Assembly (NCBI RefSeq): GCF_001194135.2
Contig: NC_068985.1
Coordinates: 85,059,101-85,102,214 of the forward strand
Direction of reading: 5' to 3'
Source of the DNA: Octopus bimaculoides
Lineage: Eukaryota
DNA: 43,114 nt
Shown here piece after piece: positions 1-12,551 of this stretch. A model generated the notes under the pieces. That model worked only from the letters and a program-made list of their open reading frames with translations, was not told the origin of the DNA and did not search any database. The translations under genes were made by a program, and so were the position numbers. The stretch's first letter is position 1. Each line of letters opens with the position of its first letter.

Positions 1-876
1 GATCACTGGTCTAAATCAAGCACAGGCAGACCACCACCACTATTTTTTTTTGTTTTCGAGAAACGAGCCACATGAGATATGGCCTATCAAGCGGGCCGCA
101 CTACTAAAAAATAATTCAAGTTAATATTTTTGTTAGGCGTGACATTCAGAAAGTTCTGAGCGGTGGCAGTTCAAAATAATGCTTATGGTTGTGGCTGTGA
201 TGCAGCAACAGCAGCAGCAGTAGTAGTGGTGGTGGTGGTGGTGGTAGTAGTAGTAGTAGTTGTTGTTGTTGTTGTTTTTCTGGTTATGTCGGAATTGCCC
301 AGATTGAGTAGATTTATAATCGAAGGTGTTCAAGCCGTATCTTCTTTGGTTTTGTTTTGTTTTTCAGTGCTTCTTTCTTCTTTTAAGGCAATAAGGTATG
401 GTTTGAAGAAATTTAGCTGCTATGTTTAACAGTCTTACTGACTGTGTAAATGTTTTGTCGTTGACTTCTAATAACGTTCATGTCGGTAATATTCGAAATT
501 TATAACCATTCTGAAGTGGTTCTTCAAAGACAAATACCTCAGAAACCTGCCATCCCTATGAGTCTGTCATGCTTGATAGTAGACTCATGGCAGAGCTAGT
601 TACCGTGTTGGGTGGGCATTTCAGCATTTCTCGTCGCGCGCGCGCACATACAATGAAAGAGGGAGATTATGGTTCAAAATTGTTCTGGTAGGCATTTCTC
701 GTCACCCAATGCCTCATAAGAAACAATAAGAACTAATATATACATATATATTATAGAACACACACAATGTATGTTTCTGTTCGACGGTAGACTGCAATTT
801 GGCTTGGTCGAGATGATTCCCTCAAAGCGCCGAGTGTTAAAACATCTAAAAATCATAGATAGGTGAGACAACTCAC

Positions 877-922
877 CCGAATTCCTATCCAGGAATGATA
901 ATGGACATCGATGTTTAGCCAT
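877..922 (-). CDS. Candidate first coding exon of an unidentified host gene continuing off the left edge (whole exon 1008-877; MAKHRCPLSFLDRNS, phase 1)
   Basis: Minus strand: long pyrimidine tract and acceptor tttcattctttcatttttatttttttacag| at 1009, ATG in AAAATGG context at 922, strong donor cgg|gtgagt at 876. The peptide is not recognised. Confidence 0.4.
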
Positions 923-1081
923 TTTTTTTTCTTTTGTGACTTATCAATCACGTACCTAAACGGAATTGGAGGCGAACTGAATCCCTAGTCCATTACTATA
1001 CACAAATACTGTAAAAAAATAAAAATGAAAGAATGAAACGGCGAAAAAAGAGTTTAGCTCATCCTTAATTCCCAGTTATCA

Positions 1082-1298
1082 CTGTTTTTAAGGCCATTGC
1101 ACGTAAAAATTTGAAATGTTTCGTAATATTTGCGGTTTTTACATTAGAGCGACACTTCGTCAGACTTACATCAAAATGTGCGTTCTTACACTGAGTCCTC
1201 CTTTTGATGTAAGTGCCCCTCTTATATAAAAACAAAAACATGCGAATATTAAGTAACTTTTCACGTGTAAGTTTTTTGTGTAATGGCTTTAAAAGCAG
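1082..1298. mobile_element. Possible small MITE with about 30-bp degenerate inverted ends
   Basis: ctgtttttaaggccattgcacgtaaaaattt (1082-1112) resembles the reverse complement of aagttttttgtgtaatggctttaaaagcag (1269-1298). Confidence 0.3.
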
Positions 1299-1536
1299 AG
1301 TTGTACCGAAGCAATTGTAACTAGTAATTAAGGATTTGCTCAACTGAATGGACTAAGCGGAGCAGGAGGATACACGTGTATGGAAAGGGTCGCTGAAAAG
1401 GTCAGATGTATGACGAAAGACTTCGAGACAATGGACATAAGATAAAATAAGAACAACAATAAACGAGTGAAGAACGAATAATAGTTTATTTGACAAAACA
1501 AAAGAAAGAAAACAGACCATCCCGAAATATAACAAT

Positions 1537-1711
1537 AAACTTTACCGAAATACGACAATTTTTTTACATGAAATAACTTCGAATACAAAATTTTTTATCT
1601 GTTCTATAACAAAATATACAAGTATACGAAGTTTGAAAGTGTTTCGGTACCAAAAACACTACATAAAACATAATTGAAAAGTGGTGCCCGTCAATTCAGA
1701 AAGATCCACTC
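1537..1711 (+). repeat. Dispersed repeat, copy 1 of 3 (unclassified)
   Basis: Aligns with 12100-12270 (aaataac.cgaatacaaaa...gtatacgaagtttgaaagt.tttcggtaccaaaaacactacataaaacata) and with the reverse complement of 21745-21900. Confidence 0.75.
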
Positions 1712-2324
1712 TTTCTTTTTCTTCTTTATTTGGATTATAAATCACTCTTCGCAAAATCCACACATTGGATTTGCTGGTGCTGTACCTAAATTTTCTACAT
1801 CGGTAGAATTTCGATATTCTCGAGACTTTATTTCAAGAGTATAGATAGTCACGAGCTCAAGTCGAATGCTGCATTGGAAATACTCCTTTTTTTCTACCTT
1901 GCCAGGACCCTTATATAAGAATCAACGGTCGTCCCCGAGGCATAGTCTCATAAAGCCGATTTCCCTAACCACTGAGCTACACACGCACGCATGCATGCAT
2001 ATCCTCAAATATACACATATGCTTGCGTGCATACACTTCAGCCAGGTCACTGTTGTCTCCCTTGTCACCTCTGTCTCCAACTACTTCCTTCAATTGAACA
2101 TTTGCAACCGTTAATCTTGACGTGTTTTATTTCTCACCGTTTTTTTTTCTCCCTTTCTCCATCTGTACATACATACATGCATGTATGTGTGTGCGTTATA
2201 CCAGTCATATACAGGAGTTGAATCACTGAACTGATCCCTTTCCTCAACTATGTGATATTGTGCTAATCCGAAAAATCCTTAATAGTCTTTTGTTCTGACG
2301 TTTTTGTTTCTTTGTTTGTTTTTC

Positions 2325-2525
2325 ATATACCAGTCGTTACATCAGCCAATAAAGAGCTCCTATATGGTCGCTCGACATGCTAGAAATAACAGACGAATCT
2401 CGTTCGAAAAACATAGTCCTAGAAAAATTTGGAAAAATAGGGTGGTGGTCACAGCTGGAATACCTTTTAATCATAATTCTGCTTGATCAGGGTTGACCTG
2501 GGGCTCAATAAGAACAACAATAACA
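2325..2525 (+). mobile_element. SINE-like repeat fragment
   Basis: The motif gacatgctagaaataacagacgaatct resembles cacctgctagagacagcagccaaatct near 4296 and cacatgctagaaataagagtcaaatct near 27719. Ends in an (aac)n-like tail. Confidence 0.4.
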
Positions 2526-2564
2526 TCAACACTCAGTCGTTTGTTCTTTAGCTTTACAATTTAC

Positions 2565-2720
2565 CTCAAGAATCACCTGTTTTCGAAATTGAAACAATGA
2601 TTCACTTTGTTTCTCAAATTTTCTGCTTATTTATTTGTTTGTTTGTGTTATCTCTTCCTCGTTCACCACACGCACCAACAGCCCGCAACCACACAACTTT
2701 GTCTCGCCTCATGGCAAGGC
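2565..2720 (-). other. Possible non-coding first exon or TSS region of the minus-strand gene
   Basis: CpG-containing unique sequence ending in donor-like gag|gtaaat (2564) or cag|gtgatt (2576). Lies upstream of the 1008-877 exon on the same strand. Confidence 0.2.
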
Positions 2721-3405
2721 GAGAATCGTTCTTTGAAATTGCATCACGATTCGCTTTTGAAATTTCGATTTCTGAAGAATGTATAAAGATTAGAAATTAG
2801 AGAAGCTTTTGTTTTGAAAGAGAACAAAAAAAAAATTAATTTTTAAAAAAATAATAATTTACTTTACGCCTCCGGTTACTAAAGAATACTAAAAACTCTT
2901 GGGCTAAAGTTCCTATTCCTATCTTAACCATCAAGTTATATATCTCACATATAACCAGAAGTTTTAGATTAAAAACTGATTTCGAAATCATTTTAAGTTC
3001 TTTCTGGGTAAAGTTTCTACAAAAGTTATGGAAAATTAGGACTATTCCTGTTGCTGCTGTTATTATATAAAGCTCAGTGTCACGGAATCTGGAGCTTCAA
3101 CTTGAACAAATTAAATTTTTGATACTCTACTTTCAATAGCAGGTTTAAGTCAAACATATTGAAAACCACAATGAACAATGCAACTCAGAAAGTTCACGAT
3201 GAATAAGATGTTAGCTTAACGTTGCAAACGAGGAAAAAGAGTATCTGTGATTTCCGGTCGTTAGTCCTTCTTCTGAAAGATAAGAAGGGAAGTATAGGAA
3301 GAGAGAAAATTTTTGAAAGAAATGAGAGGTATACCGTTCTGTGAAATAAGTGGTGTCGGAAAGGAAGATGCAGATAAGTGTGTAAATACTTGCATCAGAT
3401 GTGTG

Positions 3406-3921
3406 GGTGACCGGTAATAAAGTCAAAGGAAAAAAAGTCACAATTTATGGTGGTCGGTAATAAAGTAACAGGAAAAAACGTCACAATTTATTGGATCCGA
3501 ACAAAACCCCTATGACTTAACTACCGTGACTTTTTTTATACTTGGATTCGATGTGCGTATGCTTGGAAGTAGCATGTGACGGGGTATATTTATGTGTATG
3601 TTTCGTTAGATGTATGAGTATGTATGTGCCAATTAGGTTATGTTAGTAGGTTCAATGTTGATGTGTGTATGCATTTGTGGGTGGTGCGAATACGTGTGAG
3701 ACTGTGTGAGCATGACAGTGTATAAGATATGCATTTTAATCGAATCCAGGTTTAAAAAAGTCACAGGTAAAAAAAGTCACAGAAAGAAGTCACGGGGATT
3801 TTGTCCGGGAAGGAGGGGGTTGTCCTAGCGAGTGGTTTCGGATCCCATAAATTAATTGTGACTTTATTACCGGCCACCATAAATTAATTGATTTTTTCCT
3901 GTGACTTAATTACCGGTCACC
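3406..3921. mobile_element. Non-autonomous DNA transposon (MITE) with long modular TIRs
   Basis: Left end ggtgaccggtaataaagtcaaaggaaaaaa versus reverse complement of the right end ggtgaccggtaattaagtcacaggaaaaaa. Inner inverted match atttattggatccgaa / ttcggatcccataaat. No TSD recognised. Confidence 0.8.
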
Positions 3922-4254
3922 TTTTAATCAAATACTGCTTTTCTTGTATTTAATGAATTTTTATTCAGCTGGGCAGCTAATCGCAACGTCAGTGATTTTT
4001 CAGTTACTATTTTGTTTTTTTTTTCTGTATCAGCAGCAACGGATTTCGTCTTAGCATCACCTGACAGTAGGTTACGTTACTAATAAAAACTAATGAGGCA
4101 GAAATATGCATCTAGCATTCTCACAAAACAATGAAGTTGTAACGTAGTTTTGTATGCTAATAACGAAAATTGCATTCATCTTTTTCTAGAAATAGTTATT
4201 AAAAACAAGAAGTTACAAAGATCTAAAATTATATAATTTTAACCACTCAGCAGC

Positions 4255-4510
4255 CTACAGGAACAGCGCACGTGAAAACTTTACGCGGTCTCTCCACCTG
4301 CTAGAGACAGCAGCCAAATCTTCTTTAAACTATACTGTATTGAGTAAAAACACAAAAAGGACGACACATTTTGCCATGGTACCGTTTATTTTCTCGCTTG
4401 AGGTCGACTTTGGGTTTCATCGTTTCCATACCAGTCAAGGACAGAGGTCGATGTAATCGAGTAACTCCTTTCTCAAAAATTGGTAACCTTATTCTAAAAT
4501 TTTAAAAAAT
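4255..4510 (+). mobile_element. SINE variant related to the family-C copies
   Basis: Contains gaggtcgactttgggtttcatc and gaggtcgatgtaatcgag, shared with 7800-7925, and ends at a (tag)n tail. Confidence 0.5.
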
Positions 4511-4556
4511 TAGTAGTAGTAGTAGTAGTAGTAGTAGTAGCAGCAGCAGCAGCAGC

Positions 4557-5593
4557 ACCCTGCGCGCGTAAGCAAAACCACGGTATTGTAATCACTCGTC
4601 TTTGATTTGTTTGTCTGTGTTTGCAAAATTACTAGAAAACAGCCGAACGGATTTTCACCAAATTTGGCAGAAATAATCATTGGGTGGCTCAATATGATGA
4701 AAATTTGGTTTGATTATCTTCAAAACTGGTGGATAGGTGGATCAAAATGTTTCGACTGTGCAGACTTTTTGCGAAAGAATTTATGTACACGCATGGTATG
4801 CATCGTTTTGGCATGCTCTTGGCACAAGTATCTATTACTAGTACATAAAAATATGTATTATTTATATTAAATACTATTTATCTCTCACCAGATGGAGTAA
4901 TTTTTTGTTGATCTTATCATCACGGAACAATACACAATACATATATAAATATGATTCGACCCTCGTCCGCGTGTGTATAGATCATGATGTACCTATGCAC
5001 GTAGACACGTGTGGGTACATGCATACATAAATACATACATAGGTATGCGACACTTTGTGTGTGTGTGCAGTGATGGATTCGAGGGTTTCGTTTATTTGAG
5101 CTGATTTTTAAATTTCACCGGAGCATATAATGGTGATACTTTAAAAAAATAATAAACATTATTTTAAAAATCGAACTTTCAAATTTCCCGATAAGCAAGT
5201 GGTTATATTATTTATATCCTACATGAACTACAGTATGTTTGATTTGCCTGCCATCATTGAAAGACGTTGAAAACATTTCTCAAATTCTATGCAATATTTC
5301 TATAAGTATTTTATTTTGTTTACTTTTCTTTTGATAGTCATAATTATTATTTGAATAATCATTTATTTAGTCACATGCAAGTTTTACTCATATGCGTTTG
5401 GCGTAGACATCGATCAAATCTACTTTTAGCTGTCATCTATTTAGATTTCTAATCCTCTTTTAGTCAAGCATTTACAAAGCTTAATTCAGTTCAATTAAAA
5501 AGTATGGGTGAGCAAAACATTATAAGCCACATTATAATTTGCGGGAAAATTTATCTGCGCGCACGGTATGCATCGCCCCTCCGACGCCTTTTT
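4557..5593 (+). mobile_element. Helentron-associated non-autonomous element (HINE/DINE-1-like)
   Basis: 5' sub-TIR accctgcgcg (4557) is inverted to cgcgcacggt (5558-5567), followed by a short hairpin gcatcg...cgacgc and a T-run. Internal acggattttcaccaaatttggc motif. Confidence 0.5.
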
Positions 5594-5600
5594 TTCGTTA

Positions 5601-7248
5601 TCTCTATATCTATAAAACAGGAGATCTTTGTGTGTGTGTGTACGTGAATGTGGTTTATGCACGCCCACAAATTAGCACGCATGTCGCTCCAATTTTAGGA
5701 GAAGATTCGGAATGACCCTATGTGCATTTTAGTGAACTTTCTCTCTCAGAGGTACCCGCGTATACCTGTAAAAATCGATAAACTTTTGCCAATTTGAAGT
5801 TTGTTGACATGGCGAAGTCAAATCTGTGTGTACGCGTGTGAAGGCGAGAGAGAGAGAGAAAGAAATTGTATATTTGTGAGACGGAGGATGAAGGAGTCAT
5901 ACATTTCTTTGCCAGCGTCTGTGTGGTAGGCAGCAAGCAAACAGAAANNNNNNNNNNNNNNNNNNNNNNNNNNNNNNNNNNNNNNNNNNNNNNNNNNNNN
6001 NNNNNNNNNNNNNNNNNNNNNNNNNNNNNNNNNNNNNNNNNNNNNNNNNNNNNNNNNNNNNNNNNNNNNNNNNNNNNNNNNNNNNNNNNNNNNNNNNNNN
6101 NNNNNNNNNNNNNNNNNNNNNNNNNNNNNNNNNNNNNNNNNNNNNNNNNNNNNNNNNNNNNNNNNNNNNNNNNNNNNNNNNNNNNNNNNNNNNNNNNNNN
6201 NNNNNNNNNNNNNNNNNNNNNNNNNNNNNNNNNNNNNNNNNNNNNNNNNNNNNNNNNNNNNNNNNNNNNNNNNNNNNNNNNNNNNNNNNNNNNNNNNNNN
6301 NNNNNNNNNNNNNNNNNNNNNNNNNNNNNNNNNNNNNNNNNNNNNNNNNNNNNNNNNNNNNNNNNNNNNNNNNNNNNNNNNNNNNNNNNNNNNNNNNNNN
6401 NNNNNNNNNNNNNNNNNNNNNNNNNNNNNNNNNNNNNNNNNNNNNNNNNNNNNNNNNNNNNNNNNNNNNNNNNNNNNNNNNNNNNNNNNNNNNNNNNNNN
6501 NNNNNNNNNNNNNNNNNNNNNNNNNNNNNNNNNNNNNNNNNNNNNNNNNNNNNNNNNNNNNNNNNNNNNNNNNNNNNNNNNNNNNNNNNNNNNNNNNNNN
6601 NNNNNNNNNNNNNNNNNNNNNNNNNNNNNNNNNNNNNNNNNNNNNNNNNNNNNNNNNNNNNNNNNNNNNNNNNNNNNNNNNNNNNNNNNNNNNNNNNNNN
6701 NNNNNNNNNNNNNNNNNNNNNNNNNNNNNNNNNNNNNNNNNNNNNNNNNNNNNNNNNNNNNNNNNNNNNNNNNNNNNNNNNNNNNNNNNNNNNNNNNNNN
6801 NNNNNNNNNNNNNNNNNNNNNNNNNNNNNNNNNNNNNNNNNNNNNNNNNNNNNNNNNNNNNNNNNNNNNNNNNNNNNNNNNNNNCTATGGCCTGCTGCAG
6901 TTTCGAACATTAACGTTTTACTTTCGTAACATCCGTGTTCTCATATCTGAACAGAACCGCTTTTGACACAGAGAATCGGGAGCCCTTTTGGTCATTCTAT
7001 TTTCCTTGCTGGAAGGGTTCCTAACCCACGAGCAAAGAGGGGTTAGATGATGGCGGTGGTGTTTTCAAAGGGATGGCATGTGTAACCTGATCACCTCTGC
7101 CGATCAAACTCTCAACCCATGCACTCCAGTTGCAACACTGATTCTGCCCAAATTTGACGTCATGTTACTTAGTTTGGTTTGAAATAAAGAACTTGATTAG
7201 CTTAATAATCCCAACTTAATCCCGGGCAAAGCCGGGCTATACTGCTAG
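5601..7248 (+). mobile_element. Non-autonomous Helitron spanning a gap
   Basis: 5' TC start (a|tctctatatctataaaac) and a canonical 3' end: GC hairpin cccgggcaaagccggg (7221-7236) then CTAG (7245-7248) before T. Continuity across the 5948-6884 gap is assumed. Confidence 0.6.
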
Positions 7249-7265
7249 TTATTATTATTATTATT

Positions 7266-7728
7266 GAGTGAGCGAGCAGGGCATGCCATCAAGTGACACT
7301 GGGGTAAAATATACGAAGCCCATTATACCCATCATGACTACCCGTCTGATAAGGGTACACCAGGCACATGCATCACAACCATATGTGCGCGACATGGTGA
7401 TCTCACATCAAGAAAAACAGTGCATGACCTTGCAGGTGGGGCGCAGTTAGAATTTTCTGCATGTCGAGTAGCCCATCCCGTTCAAAATGTCCCTGAAAAA
7501 GGTTTGTTGAGCAAAACACCCATGTTTCCAAAGGTGAATTATTCAAACTCCAAAGAATTCCTTTCAACACATGGTTATGATGCTCCCCCGCTACTTCTGC
7601 TCATGATCAGAGATGCACATATCGTCAGCCACCAAAGGACAGGCTCAACTGGTTAAGGTCAAACAACAAACAAGCAAATCTGTGGTATTAAGCAGAATAT
7701 TTGCTGTAACCCATCTTTTATACCAAGT
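7266..7728. mobile_element. About 500-bp interspersed repeat, family D copy 1 (retro-derived, microsatellite-flanked)
   Basis: Collinear with 7928-8445 and 35037-35545 (ctgataagggtacaccag...atggtgatctcata...ggttaaggtcaaacaac). Confidence 0.8.
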
Positions 7729-7785
7729 CATTATTATTATTATCATCATCATCATCATCATCATCATCATTATTATTATTATTAT

Positions 7786-7925
7786 TTTCAAATTCCGCCG
7801 AGGTCGACTTTGACCTTTATACTTTCGGGGTCGATAAAATAAGTACCAATTGAGCACTGGGGTCGATGTAATTGACTTATCCACTTCCCCGAACTTGCTA
7901 ACTTTGTGCCAAAATTTGAATTGAT
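7786..7925 (+). mobile_element. SINE family C, 5'-truncated
   Basis: caaattccgccgaggtcgactttgacctttat...ggggtcgataaaataagtacc motif, repeated at 8452, 16395 and 35578-36245. Confidence 0.75.
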
Positions 7926-7927
7926 TA

Positions 7928-8445
7928 TTATTGTTGTTTTGTTATTGAATGAGAGAGCAACGTATGCCATCAAAATGACGTTGGAATATACGAAGCCCAG
8001 TGTACCCACCGTGGCTAACCGTGTGATAAGGATACACTATATGTGCGTGACATGGTGATCTCATATCAAGAGAAACAGCGCATGACTTGCCGTTAGAATT
8101 TTACCCAGGACGAGTAGCCCATCCCGCTAGAAAGGTCCCTGAATAAGGATTGTTTAAGGCTGATGAACGAAACGACCATGTTTCTAGAGATAAATTATTC
8201 AAATCCCAAAGAATTCTTCTCCGCACATGGCTATGATGCTCCATCACTAATCCTGCCCGTGACCAGAGACACACATATCTCAGCCACTAGGGGACATGCT
8301 TAGCTGGTTAAGGACAAGCAACTGACAAGCAAATCTGTGGTATTGAGCAGAATATTTACCGTAATCCATCGTTTATACCAAGATAAAACATGTACATAAC
8401 ACTTCCATGAAAGCCAATACCTGGTACTGTATCAGGGTATTTATT
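7928..8445. mobile_element. Family D copy 2
   Basis: Collinear with 7266-7728. Confidence 0.8.
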
Positions 8446-8451
8446 ATTACT

Positions 8452-8650
8452 GGTAGAATCGTGAACGCACCGGGTAAAATGCTTAACGACATTCCGTCTG
8501 TCTATACTTTCTGAGTTCAAATTCTACCAAGGTCAACTTTACTTTTCATCCTTCGGGGTCGATAAAATAAGTACCAGTTGAGTAATGGAGTCGGCTAACC
8601 CCTGCTCCAAAAGTTTCAGGCTTTGTTCCTATAGTAGAAAGGATTAGTAT
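8452..8650 (+). mobile_element. SINE family C
   Basis: ctggtagaatcg...ttctgagttcaaattc...ggggtcgataaaataagtaccag; (att)n tail. Confidence 0.75.
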
Positions 8651-9216
8651 TATTATTCACCTTCTGATACTGGAAGTTTCTGTAGTAATTAGATTTACAC
8701 AACAGCAATGAGCTCGATTTAAATTCTAAATTATTCCCCTGTAGGTACTAAAACATAACCGTGGCTTTTTGAAATTATCACTTACTGCCCTTGGACAGTC
8801 GTGTGATTCTACCGCATGGAAAAACAACTTTTGAAAGCTAATGCACATGCAATATGCACACATCTATAAACACATACGTAACATTCATATAGTCATTTAA
8901 ACACATACACATGCATATACTCATACATTCGTACGTACGTAGTAACACATACATAACAAACAAACAAACAAGATATTTCAGGAATATCAAGTCATTAATC
9001 TTAAAGTAATTAATATCAACATAAGCAAAATGTGAGTTTTTAAAAATATCGGAAAGCCGAGTTTCACTACTAAAGTTCAAATATGGCAAATATTTGGTTT
9101 TCTTGTTCCATCTTCATGCAAAAAATGCTCCTGAAACTTATCTTGTAACCCGTTTATCTGTCTGTCTAATTGTGTGTCTGGAAGTTCGTCCGACTCTATC
9201 TATCTGTCTATCTAAT

Positions 9217-9247
9217 TGTGTGTGTGTGTGTGTGTGTGTTTGTTTCC

Positions 9248-9279
<32 letters not shown>

Positions 9280-9629
9280 AAGAGACTGTGTACGTTGTGC
9301 TTTGCTTTTCATTCCTCATTTTTTTCTCCGCTCAGTTCTTTTTGATGTCGTTTAAACGAAGATATTTCGAAATCATTTTCAATTTCTTTTCCCATAGAGA
9401 ACATAGACACATAAAAAGAAACGTGAGGAAAACTAAAATCAGACACAAAACTACAGCGAAGTTAATATATGAAAATAAGTAAAAGCGATTCATAGATAAA
9501 ATCAAAACAAATAAACATATAAATGTGAGGAAGGGAAAGAAATTGTTTAAAATGTCAAAACAAAAATACAAACGTGGTTTCTTCTTCAAATAGCAATGGC
9601 CGCCATTACTGAAAAAAGAAGCACGACGA

Positions 9630-9663
<34 letters not shown>

Positions 9664-9916
9664 AATTCAAACATATATAAAGACATGTATACATATACAT
9701 ACATACAAATATAAATACATACATGCATGCATATATATATATATATACACAATGTTATGAAGTATCTGTTTATATGAATGTATTCAGATATATTGGTAAA
9801 ATCTGTGCTTGTATATAGTATATATAAATTTTTTCTGTCCATATGTATATATTTGTGCGTGTGTGGAGGGAGTGTTTAAATGCGTGCGTATGTATATGTG
9901 TGTATATATATATGTA

Positions 9917-9984
<68 letters not shown>

Positions 9985-10388
9985 TACACAAACATGCAGA
10001 GACACGCGTGTGCGCAATGTTGGTGTCAATGGGTGTTCAGCAGTTAGTTGTTAGCAATCAGTGGAGCATACGATTTTTCTTTTCTTTCCATCTCTTTTTA
10101 TTTATATATTTTTAAAATCTTCTTGCTATTTCCTTTAAAAGATATGGGCGAATGATGTTTGCTACAATAGATAAATTTGATTAGGAACAAATGATTTACC
10201 AAATATATTCAATGAATTGGCAAATGATCGGACTACGTGTACGTTTGTATGTCGTATAACATATATATATACATAAAACATAAATATATTTGATTGGGGT
10301 TTGAATTGTTTTTGTTTCTAATTTTACGCAAACCGCACGTGTTTATACTCATGCACACCCATACATACACACATACAGATAGACAGAC

Positions 10389-10454
<66 letters not shown>

Positions 10455-10738
10455 GGTGTGTGGGCGTAATAGAATCACAAACATGTATTTTTAAAGACAC
10501 AGTCGTAGGTATGTACGCGCGCCTGCGCGTGTGAATTGTAATGATTTTTGGACGATAACTAACGAGGAAAGAGCATGTCCTTGTATTGTGCGTGAGTTTT
10601 CCGTTCGTTCCTTGTCGTGCTTCTTTTGAACTAACGTATACACACACACACACGCGTGCACACACATATTTAATGCATTTAAAAATGCAAGTTTATGTAT
10701 AATATATGTATATTTCTGTGTGTAGTGTAATGTGTGTG

Positions 10739-10772
<34 letters not shown>

Positions 10773-10875
10773 ACCAGCCATCTGTCTATACACACACACA
10801 TATGAATGTGCGTGTATGTAAATATATACATATATATCTATGTTCCTTTGTGTATATATGTATATATAAACATAT

Positions 10876-10914
<39 letters not shown>

Positions 10915-10972
10915 GAGGCGCATTGGTTAGGGCAGCGGACTCGCGGTCATAGGATCGCGGTTTCGATTCCCA
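9217..10972. repeat. Microsatellite cluster: (GT)n, (GA)n, (TA)n, (GATA)n, (CT)n
   Basis: Directly visible, e.g. TA runs near 9631-9657 and 9922-9974, and GATA at 10390-10454. Confidence 0.95.
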
Positions 10973-11292
10973 GACTGGGCGTTGTGAGTGTTTATTGAGC
11001 GAAAACACCTAAAGCTCTACGAGGCTCCGGCAGGGGATGGTGTCGAACCCTGCTATACTCTTTCTCCACAACTTTCTCTCACTCTTACTTCCTGTTTCTG
11101 TTGTGCATGTAATTCGAAGGGTCAGCCTTGTCACACTCTGTGTCACGCTGAATAGCCTCGAGAACTACGTTAAGGGTACACGTGTCTGTGGAGTGCTCAG
11201 CCACTTGCACGTTAATTTCACGAGTAGGCTGTTCCGTTGATGGGATCAACTGGAACCCTCGTCGTCGTAAGCGACGGAGTGCCAACAACAAT
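10912..11292 (+). mobile_element. tRNA-derived SINE (family A)
   Basis: A-box-like tggttagggcagcgg and B-box-like ggtttcgattccc head, then a body and an (aac)n tail. A partial second copy lies at 20800-20940. Confidence 0.8.
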
Positions 11293-12059
11293 AATTCTCT
11301 CTCTCTCTCNNNNNNNNNNNNNNNNNNNNNNNNNNNNNNNNNNNNNNNNNNNNNNNNNNNNNNNNNNNNNNNNNNNNNNNNNNNNNNNNNNNNNNNNNNN
11401 NNNNNNNNNNNNNNNNNNNNNNNNNNNNNNNNNNNNNNNNNNNNNNNNNNNNNNNNNNNNNNNNNNNNNNNNNNNNNNNNNNNNNNNNNNNNNNNNNNNN
11501 NNNNNNNNNNNNNNNNNNNNNNNNNNNNNNNNNNNNNNNNNNNNNNNNNNNNNNNNNNNNNNNNNNNNNNNNNNNNNNNNNNNNNNNNNNNNNNNNNNNN
11601 NNNNNNNNNNNNNNNNNNNNNNNNNNNNNNNNNNNNNNNNNNNNNNNNNNNNNNNNNNNNNNNNNNNNNNNNNNNNNNNNNNNNNNNNNNNNNNNNNNNN
11701 NNNNNNNNNNNNNNNNNNNNNNNNNNNNNNNNNNNNNNNNNNNNNNNNNNNNNNNNNNNNNNNNNNNNNNNNNNNNNNNNNNNNNNNNNNNNNNNNNNNN
11801 NNNNNNNNNNNNNNNNNNNNNNNNNNNNNNNNNNNNNNNNNNNNNNNNNNNNNNNNNNNNNNNNNNNNNNNNNNNNNNNNNNNNNNNNNNNNNNNNNNNN
11901 NNNNNNNNNNNNCATACAGTTCAGGCAGATGTTAACGAAATAAACACGCGTGAAAGAAAATGAAAAAAGCAAATGTTGTACACATACAGTTCAGGCAGAT
12001 GTTAACGAAATTATAAATGGAGATTAAATACGCTTTACACCGCTTAAACTGCCAAAGGA

Positions 12060-12270
12060 GTAACTGTAAAAAGCTGAATACTTGTCAGTGATTGGTTGAA
12101 ATTATCGAAATAAGACAATTTTTTACACGAAATAACTCCGAATACAAAAAAAATTTTCTGTTCTATAACACAAAATAGATAAGTATACGAAGTTTGAAAG
12201 TCTTTCGGTACCAAAAACACTACATAAAACATAAATGAAAACTGGTGCCCCCGTTTTGAACTAGATCCAA
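12060..12270 (+). repeat. Dispersed repeat, copy 2 of 3
   Basis: Matches 1537-1711 directly and 21745-21900 in inverted orientation. Confidence 0.75.
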
Positions 12271-12551
12271 ACTTTCTATTAATCATCAACAATCATCTCA
12301 CGTAATGAATTTATCGATACAAATATTGTATGTGACGTAATTACGAATCGTACATGTTCATTATTTGTTTATACTTCGGGCAACTACAAGTTACAATGCG
12401 TTGGTGGCCGCTTTACAATTGTTTGAAACTCACACCGTCAGTTGACAGTTTGACTGTGTTGATGGTGTACGCTTCGAGTGTTACTCGCAATTTAAAATTT
12501 GTTTAACAACATTTCGTGTGTGTGTTTTGTTTTATAACCCTTTGCGAAGTA

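Noticed and set aside
5866-6966. Long ORFs in the track (also 11085-11972, 23853-24521, 26627-27060, 38279-39021)
   Set aside because: They are open only because they run through N gaps.
8158-8176. CTGATGA-AC-GAAAC, resembling a hammerhead ribozyme core
   Set aside because: There is no stem II or flanking helices, and the motif is absent from the other two family-D copies.
9094-10930. Many overlapping 60-130 aa ORFs (YIYI, CVCV, LSIY); also 133-429, 15182-15580 and 36945-38102
   Set aside because: These are translations of di-, tri- and tetranucleotide microsatellites.
10912-10985. tRNA-like sequence (also 40122-40185)
   Set aside because: It has no complete cloverleaf and continues into a SINE body, so it is a SINE head and not a tRNA gene.
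11913-12010. Exact 28-bp direct repeat (11913-11940, 11983-12010)
   Set aside because: It starts exactly at a gap edge and may be an assembly artefact.
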